The notes beneath the pieces are model-generated. The model searched no databases. It saw only the letters and a program-made list of their open reading frames with translations, and had not been told where the DNA came from. DNA of 53,862 nucleotides from Asterionella formosa (lineage: Eukaryota). Positions 47,095-53,862 of this stretch are shown here, piece by piece (position 1 is the stretch's first letter; every line of letters starts with the position of its first letter). Made by a program: the position numbers and the translations under genes. The stretch lies in NCBI GenBank assembly GCA_002256025.1, contig NKIB01013672.1:1-53862 (forward strand), in the 5' to 3' direction.

Positions 47095-47703
47095 GCTGGT
47101 TGCTTTAAACTATTATACACATGTGCATATCTTATGGTTTGCCTTGTTTTTTGTGAAGTGCTGAGATTTTATTATTCTACTTGAGCGAATATCCCATGTA
47201 GACTACGGTATCCTACCGGGTACTGGTTCGTTATCTGATCTTACGACATTACAGGTACGATTTTTCGTCGTAACTATCGTACAATGTATTTACCAATGTA
47301 TCTATTCAATGCATGCAAAGTGACACACTCTCGAGAGATTATTTTATATCCATATCTGACACAAAAATTCTTTAAGTAAAGGGGACTACAAAGTATTGAT
47401 AAACTCGTTGTGAGGATGGTTGCGCGGGGTTACTTACGACACTTACGTATACAACCATACAGTGGATTAGAAAAGGCATGCAAAACCAATTTACAACAAC
47501 ATACCCTCATGTGTTGTATGTGTGAGCGAGTATACCGGTATGTAAATCCCCTTCGATCGTTTCATTTTCGTTGTGTACATAAATATTTATTTTTGCCACC
47601 AGCCAACACGAAGAACACACAACGATGGGATGCTGCTGATGACTGTGTCGAACGCATTGACTCCATCCCTCACATTTTTGTTATATTCCATTCCATTCCA
47701 ATC

Positions 47704-50700
47704 ATGGGAGTTCGAGGCCTATGGAGGCTCTTGCTTCCCATTGGTCGCCGCATCAGTGTAGAAACATTAGAAGGACAGGTCCTTGCAATTGATGCTTCCA
47801 TTTGGTTGACTCAATTTCTAAATGCCATGCGTGATCCAGATTCTGGATCTGTCAAGGAAGCCGCTCACTTGATTGGATTCTTCCGAAGGTTGGCTAAATT
47901 GCGCTTTCATGGAATTAAACCTGTGCTGGTATTTGATGGGGCCACACCAGAAATCAAGGTACGAGAAGTACAAGCACGACGACGACGAAGAGAGCAATTT
48001 GCTTCCAACAGTACTACTCATGGGATACAAAGATTGGCCAAGCGCTTGCTGGTGCAGGAATTGAAAAAGTTAAAAGGAGGTACCAAGCACAAGGTTCCTG
48101 GGGCTTTATCAGCCACATTCAACCTTCCCGCCGAAGAGTTGCGTGGCAAATACAAGGAACCAGACGAAACTCTTCCCACGAATGAAACGTCAGAACAAAT
48201 TGCAAAAGCACTCCAGGAAGAAGAGTGGAATGCAACAGTAGGGGAAAACGAGGAAGAAGCAGTCGAGAACGATTGGGATGATCCGGGACGTTCAGCGTCT
48301 CAGAGCACAAAAGGTGACGACAACAATGAAACCGCAGGCGATAATCCAGATTTTATCCTTCAGCACCTTTCTTCCATGTCGGCTCATGCACGCAAGGATG
48401 CAATTGAAGAAGCCAAGCGAAGACAGCGTCTACAATCGCGTAGAGAATTTATGCCTGTTGCAGGTCAACCGGAAGACTATTCTCAAGTACAAGTACGCAA
48501 CTTCCTTCGATCATCTAGACTCAATCAAAATATTGTAAAGCTGGCTAAGGGTGCTGCCGCCAAAGACAATTGTCTATTGATAGGAGAGGCTGTGGCGTCG
48601 GATTCAACACGAAGGATTGTTTTTGAGAAATTCAATGTACATTCCACCAAGCGCTTACTCAAGAATAATCAACATTCTGATAGCGACGAAGAAATTTGGC
48701 CCGACAACGACAAACCTCCAAAGCTCCTTCATGATTCAGAGGATGACGAGGTAGTTGGAGGTGGATTTTTGAAAGATAATCCATTTTTAAAGAAAATTCA
48801 TGATTCAGACGATGAGATAGTGGTATGTGGCTTTTCTAAAAGTGCCTCAGTTGCAAAGAAAATTATCGAGTTGGAAAGTGATGATTCAGAGGAAAGCCAT
48901 TGTGGATTCATTTTTGAAGAGAAACCAATTTTTTATTATAAGATTAGTGACAATGACAATGAAGGTGGAGGTTTTGTTACTGATAATCAGCCTGATGTTT
49001 CCACAAGCGAGCACCCATCTCGGCTGAAACGGAAAGTACAAATTCAAGCTCAACTCATTGAGGATGAAATGCTGGCAAGGGCAATCCAGGAGTCAGAAAA
49101 TGCAGAAAAATTACCGGTATTCGGGAGAGAAAATGTCGAAATATATGAAAGAAAATCAGATGAAACTCTAGCTCAGCAGCAACAAGGTCCCAACAAGCAG
49201 CTGAAATCGCATTTATCCGCTTTGGAAATCGATGACTCTTACGAGGACGACCGGAAGCTTCCTGCAAAGTCATCATTACCACAAGTTGAAATTGATTCGG
49301 ATGGAGACGATGATATCGACTGGGAAGACGGTGATGCTAACGATAATGAAATTATTGCTTCACTTCCGGACCAACCCGATTATTTTGGGGAGATGAGCAT
49401 TGAGGAAGATAATGTAGACTGCGAGGTCGGCGAGGAGAATATTGATCATACATCGCAGAGTCATGAGCATACTGATATGGGCGGATTTGATGCACATGAC
49501 TTTAGTTTGCCGATTCAAAATATGAATGTGGCTGCTTTAGAGCAAGCCCAGGCGACAGCTGCAAATTTAACAGACTGGGCCGGTCGAGCATTTCGACGAG
49601 CGATTGCTGTGCACGCGGAAGAGACTGGTAAACTGGATGACGATATCCCAGTCATCCGCCCAGTGTTCAGCACAGACCATGTTGACGTGGTTCCAATGGA
49701 ACATACTATTGAAAAGATTCCAATCGCCAGATCGCAGGTAGATTTTGTTGCATTGTCGGACGAGCATAACCAAAACCTGATCGTAAGCAACGATCAAACG
49801 GCAAGTCGAACTGATATTTCCGAAACAACGCATGAATATCCAATGAACAATTCGTCGCAACTCTCGATGGATGCTTTTCATGGTGGTTCGACCAAATTAA
49901 TTATCCAGGACGAATTTAGATCAGAAACAGAAGGAAAACCTGAAGAGCGCGATATGGAGACTGTAACAGACGAGATGAAAGCAGAGATCATTCACTTGAT
50001 CCGTCTTTTCGGGATCCCTTACGTCGAAGCTCCAGCTGAAGCCGAAGCTCAATGTGCTGCGCTCGAGGAGCTTGGTTTGGTTGACGGTATTGTCACGGAG
50101 GATTCTGATGTATTTGTATTTGGAGGGAAGACTATATATCGTCATATATTTGAGGACCAAAAGTATGTCGAGGTTTATTTGTCTAGCGACGCAGAAAGGG
50201 ATTTAGCTTTGACCCGAAACCAATTTGTTGGATTGGCCATGCTATTGGGCGGTGACTATACCGATGGAGTTAAGGGGGTAGGAATTGTCAATGGAATGGA
50301 AATCCTTCAAGCTTTTGATTTGACAAATGGAGTGAAAACCGGTTTAAGTAAGTTTCGTAAATGGCTTGATGGATTCGACCCGGGTGATGTATTCGGGAGC
50401 AAGGTTTCGTGCGACTCGAAATCACCAGAACAGACATTCCATATCAAACATAGATCTGCCAGACAGCGATGGTCGGCTCCAACAAATTTCCCATCTGACG
50501 CTGTTTTGAACGCATACCTCAATCCGGTGGTGGATAAGTCCGAGGATACGTTTTCTTGGGGAGTTCCTGACTTGGATGGGCTTGTTGAGTTTTGTCGACG
50601 AAATATGGGTTGGGAGGTCGGTGATACGAAGGCAATAATTCAGCCCATCCTCGATCGAACGAACACTGGAATGCGTCAAACAAGAATTGAATCCTTTTTC

Positions 50701-50943
50701 ATGAAGTACGAAGACAACATAAAATTTGCCAACGTAAAATCTAAGCGTTTGAGGGATGTCTTGCAAGAGATTCAAGGAGAGAAAACTGAAATTCTTTCAC
50801 AAAACAGTCCCTACGATAGCGAAGACGACCATCAAAAGGAGGTAAACGAGACCCTGATAGTCGTTAATGACGAACTAGCACCACCGCTTGCAAAACGAAA
50901 GAAAACAACTTCGAAAAGGGGCAGGCCTAGAGGAGTAAAATAA
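47704..50943 (+). CDS. ERCC5: XPG/RAD2 structure-specific endonuclease
   Basis: MGVRGLW...LAIDASIWL...VFDG N-domain; long acidic spacer with UIM-like motifs; GIPYVEAPAEAEAQC, TEDSD and GGDYTDGVKGVGIVN I-domain; basic NLS tail. Confidence 0.95.
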   Translation: MGVRGLWRLLLPIGRRISVETLEGQVLAIDASIWLTQFLNAMRDPDSGSVKEAAHLIGFFRRLAKLRFHGIKPVLVFDGATPEIKVREVQARRRRREQFASNSTTHGIQRLAKRLLVQELKKLKGGTKHKVPGALSATFNLPAEELRGKYKEPDETLPTNETSEQIAKALQEEEWNATVGENEEEAVENDWDDPGRSASQSTKGDDNNETAGDNPDFILQHLSSMSAHARKDAIEEAKRRQRLQSRREFMPVAGQPEDYSQVQVRNFLRSSRLNQNIVKLAKGAAAKDNCLLIGEAVASDSTRRIVFEKFNVHSTKRLLKNNQHSDSDEEIWPDNDKPPKLLHDSEDDEVVGGGFLKDNPFLKKIHDSDDEIVVCGFSKSASVAKKIIELESDDSEESHCGFIFEEKPIFYYKISDNDNEGGGFVTDNQPDVSTSEHPSRLKRKVQIQAQLIEDEMLARAIQESENAEKLPVFGRENVEIYERKSDETLAQQQQGPNKQLKSHLSALEIDDSYEDDRKLPAKSSLPQVEIDSDGDDDIDWEDGDANDNEIIASLPDQPDYFGEMSIEEDNVDCEVGEENIDHTSQSHEHTDMGGFDAHDFSLPIQNMNVAALEQAQATAANLTDWAGRAFRRAIAVHAEETGKLDDDIPVIRPVFSTDHVDVVPMEHTIEKIPIARSQVDFVALSDEHNQNLIVSNDQTASRTDISETTHEYPMNNSSQLSMDAFHGGSTKLIIQDEFRSETEGKPEERDMETVTDEMKAEIIHLIRLFGIPYVEAPAEAEAQCAALEELGLVDGIVTEDSDVFVFGGKTIYRHIFEDQKYVEVYLSSDAERDLALTRNQFVGLAMLLGGDYTDGVKGVGIVNGMEILQAFDLTNGVKTGLSKFRKWLDGFDPGDVFGSKVSCDSKSPEQTFHIKHRSARQRWSAPTNFPSDAVLNAYLNPVVDKSEDTFSWGVPDLDGLVEFCRRNMGWEVGDTKAIIQPILDRTNTGMRQTRIESFFMKYEDNIKFANVKSKRLRDVLQEIQGEKTEILSQNSPYDSEDDHQKEVNETLIVVNDELAPPLAKRKKTTSKRGRPRGVK

Positions 50944-51054
50944 GTTCATTCGATAAAATGCGAGTAAACATAATTTGCAAAGTGAAAATATAGATGTAAC
51001 TAAGATAATACTTGAGGCGATTTCTGCGCCTGAGACTAATAACATGTGTACCTC

Positions 51055-52977
51055 TTATGACATATCAAATTGTACAGGCACAAGCTCACTATCAGTATGA
51101 GACATGCCTGTCGACAACCCCCCACCGCTACGGTGATCAACATGCATTGCCTCCATTCCCCGGCGAGCCTTGTATTCCTCAAACATAATCCAGATTTTCA
51201 AGGAGATTAAACAAAAGGCAAACAGACCGACATAGCCCCAGAACCAAGGAGCGATACTTGTAACATAAAAGTCCGCGGCAAAAAGATTTAGTCCAGATTG
51301 GATCTGATAGATTCCCATTGCCAACATGGATATACCGGTGAAACGATGCGAAAAGTACCAGATCTCACGAGGAGAACGAGGAAATTTGATGATTGAGTTT
51401 TCCATATCATAATGAGAAGTCGCGTATGGATCCTTCTTTTCAACGGGAGGTCGCAAGAAACCGTTCATCACCTGGAAAGTCACACATACCAACAGTACTA
51501 AACCAACCCAATGGTGAGGATTGGAAAAGTGTGCGGTATTAACGCCTGCGGGCTGGACACTCATTGCGGAAATAGCAACTATGACCGCAACCAGGGTAAA
51601 GAAGAAAGAAATGACATTTGAAAACACGTGAATGTAAATCCAGGAGCTTGGTACCAAGGTCCTGAACCAAGCCACTGTGATTGCAAAAGGTGATGCAATA
51701 CCCCACGCCAAAGTCGCAATTGTTCCGTGAGCAGCAAACGCTCCCAGGTTGGTCATGGGAACTTCACCCGTAGATGTAGTTATACTTGCGCATGATACCA
51801 AATCCTTAATTCTGAGAGCGCTACGATGTTGATGGTAACCAAATTCGTTACTCTCGCCGACAGCAAAAATAAACGTGTTTGCGCCGTTATTAATTACAGG
51901 GACCGTATCCAATGCCTTTGTGAAACGCAGCTGTGTAACACCATTTACTTGAGTAATACTGCTCTCGACCAGACTCTGTTCGGTGGCTACGACGAAACCC
52001 TGTACTGACTTATCATTTATGTTTCTGACATCGACAGTATTTTCATTTGGGAGGCCAATAATAGCGGTTGAACCAATCATGTTTCCATCCTCCGAGAAAC
52101 CCCATCCCAACCAAGCCTCTCCCAGGTATTGAAAAATACCACAGAAGTTGTTCCCGTCTACCTTCCAATGGAAGGAAACCTCCGGCATGAGCGGGAGCAT
52201 TAGGTATCCAGCTTCAACATCAGAGTTGCACTCAGCATCAACGATGCTGGCAACGTTCTTCGTGCTACTATCACTAGAAGATCCTCCGATAGAAGTAGTA
52301 TTCGTAGTACTTCCAGAACCTCCTAATCCGCTTGCTGCCTCGTTCCTGACAAGGGTCAAGTCCAAGGTAAATGCCCCCTTTGACGTGTGCCTCGCAAGTT
52401 CAGTTGCTCCGGGAGGTCCGATGGCCCACAAGAAGACATTCTCTCCCGAGTGTAGCAAACGGACCTCATACATGTCTGATTCCTCAAGAAGCTTCTCAAA
52501 GGTCAAGACAGTCGTGACAGACCCATCATCCGCTTTGTGCTGAACAATAGAGGAAAAGACCAGGGTCTGACGGTCAAGGAGGTGAACTCCGGCGGTTTGG
52601 GCCACCACTTTGCCACCAAGAGCGTATTTCTGGACCGATCCGCCCTCGACAAGTCCGATTACAGCATCGCTGCCTACCATGAATTCCGAAGTGGAAGTAA
52701 AGTTCGAATTATTTTCAACGTCAAAGAATCCAACGGCCAGCCACGATGGCGCTTCATCGATCGACCCCGCAGTATGAATCAAACGCGCCTCGACAGCGTT
52801 TCCCTCAATGTCGTTCCAATGAAAGGTAAGCTCTCCTTCTACCAAGGTTACTTGATGGTCAAATGTAGATTCAGTAGACTTGATAAAGTTGTTAGTGGCG
52901 TCAACAAGCGTAGTCACTGCAGTCACACCAAAGGGTGCTGCTGCCATCACGAAAAGAAACGCTAATTTCTGGAACAT
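51055..52977 (-). CDS. Two-DOMON + cytochrome b561 (CYBDOM) putative ferric-chelate reductase
   Basis: Signal peptide; two WL.VGF/WLGWGF...M.GS.A.IG DOMON domains with C-terminal His; four conserved b561 His (AHG, IHV, PHH, SHR). Confidence 0.92.
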   Translation of the reverse strand: MFQKLAFLFVMAAAPFGVTAVTTLVDATNNFIKSTESTFDHQVTLVEGELTFHWNDIEGNAVEARLIHTAGSIDEAPSWLAVGFFDVENNSNFTSTSEFMVGSDAVIGLVEGGSVQKYALGGKVVAQTAGVHLLDRQTLVFSSIVQHKADDGSVTTVLTFEKLLEESDMYEVRLLHSGENVFLWAIGPPGATELARHTSKGAFTLDLTLVRNEAASGLGGSGSTTNTTSIGGSSSDSSTKNVASIVDAECNSDVEAGYLMLPLMPEVSFHWKVDGNNFCGIFQYLGEAWLGWGFSEDGNMIGSTAIIGLPNENTVDVRNINDKSVQGFVVATEQSLVESSITQVNGVTQLRFTKALDTVPVINNGANTFIFAVGESNEFGYHQHRSALRIKDLVSCASITTSTGEVPMTNLGAFAAHGTIATLAWGIASPFAITVAWFRTLVPSSWIYIHVFSNVISFFFTLVAVIVAISAMSVQPAGVNTAHFSNPHHWVGLVLLVCVTFQVMNGFLRPPVEKKDPYATSHYDMENSIIKFPRSPREIWYFSHRFTGISMLAMGIYQIQSGLNLFAADFYVTSIAPWFWGYVGLFAFCLISLKIWIMFEEYKARRGMEAMHVDHRSGGGLSTGMSHTDSELVPVQFDMS

Positions 52978-53212
52978 CTTGCTGGAAATGATGATTCTTT
53001 GGAGACCGTTTATCTACAGAGGCTTTCAAAACGACAAGAAGCAGCAGGGGACACTCGCGAGCTGGGAATGAAAGGCGAAGCAACACAACAAGGGACTTGG
53101 ATCTTGGTTCGTTCGGTTCACTTTTGTTTTGTCTTATGTCTGTCGTCACAACACACCCAACCACCTCGTGCCAGTAACTTAGTCTCATACACTTTGCTTA
53201 GCGTATAATATA

Positions 53213-53860
53213 CCGTATACTTCATTGTCCTGGACCCCCCCTATGGTTGCTGGACCCCCCTGTACATTTTTCTCGAGGTGGAACCAAACACCCAATAATT
53301 TTCTTGTCATAGACAAAGTAACGTGCCATAATTCTTTTTGTCCTCGTAGGCACTAGTATGTAATAATTTAGCTACCATTTTGCGATTCTTTTGTACATAC
53401 AAAACACAAGAGACGACAGGTAGTGGCTGTGAGCAGCTGGAGAATCCTTCATGATGTTGTCGCAACCTTGACCATGACGAAAATACCAATTATCTCCACG
53501 AAAATAGAGAACGACGCTTTGCTACTTGCTACCTGTATTAAGAATGACATGGAAAATACAATCGTAAAAGAAGTAAAGTAATAACACTAATAATGACAAC
53601 GAAAATTGAGATCGCCGATAACAACATGAAGTCGCGTTTTTCTTGCGAGGTGAAGAACTCTCTCATTTTTCACAAGACGGAAATAATTGTCATATTAATA
53701 CATCTTAGAAAAATGTGCGCTATCCTGTAGAACTAAAGAAATTTACTTAGGTCCATTATAAGGGAAATCTCTTCATTGTCCTGGGCCCCCCTTAAGTAAA
53801 ATCAGTCAAATTCAGTCACGGCAGTGTACATTGGGGGGTCCAGGACAATGAAGTATACGG
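53213..53860. mobile_element. pogo/Tc1-mariner-type MITE (648 bp)
   Basis: Perfect 28-bp TIRs CCGTATACTTCATTGTCCTGGACCCCCC (53213-53240, 53833-53860), TA on both sides, internal TIR copy at 53771-53791, no transposase. Confidence 0.92.
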
Positions 53861-53862
53861 TA

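Noticed and set aside
47410..47703. N-terminal extension of the XPG ORF from an alternative start codon
   Set aside because: XPG-family proteins begin at MGV (ATG 47704); the upstream frame is low-complexity promoter/UTR sequence. The same reasoning applies to the TTG-started extensions at 25858 and 20761.

Overview
Eukaryotic nuclear DNA, most likely from a diatom. Evidence: short GT-AG introns, several signal-peptide+Phe (ASAF-type) plastid presequences, and diatom-style PPR proteins. Gene-dense blocks encode an APH/ACAD10-like kinase, a PPR protein, a JmjC-like gene with an internal stop, a PPR-TrmO chimera, an insulysin-like M16 peptidase, DBT E2, an NTF2-like plastid protein, a P5A ATPase, an SGNH protein, a Tim17-family protein, PLAC8, a HAL2/SAL1 nucleotidase, XPG and a DOMON-cytochrome b561. 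These alternate with AT-rich, CpG-eroded transposon relics: a TTAA-flanked Kolobok-type element at 314-2829 with a second terminus near 30.3 kb, Plavaka-like and Tc1-like relics, possible LTR fragments, and a perfect-TIR pogo-like MITE at the right edge. Most notable: (1) one 897-codon ORF joins a plastid-targeted, truncated PPR paralogue in frame to a complete TrmO tRNA methyltransferase; (2) clusters of palindromic GGTACC(A/T) heptamers repeatedly mark promoter-side intergenic DNA and gene/TE borders. All family calls come from motif recognition by eye; no database searches were run.
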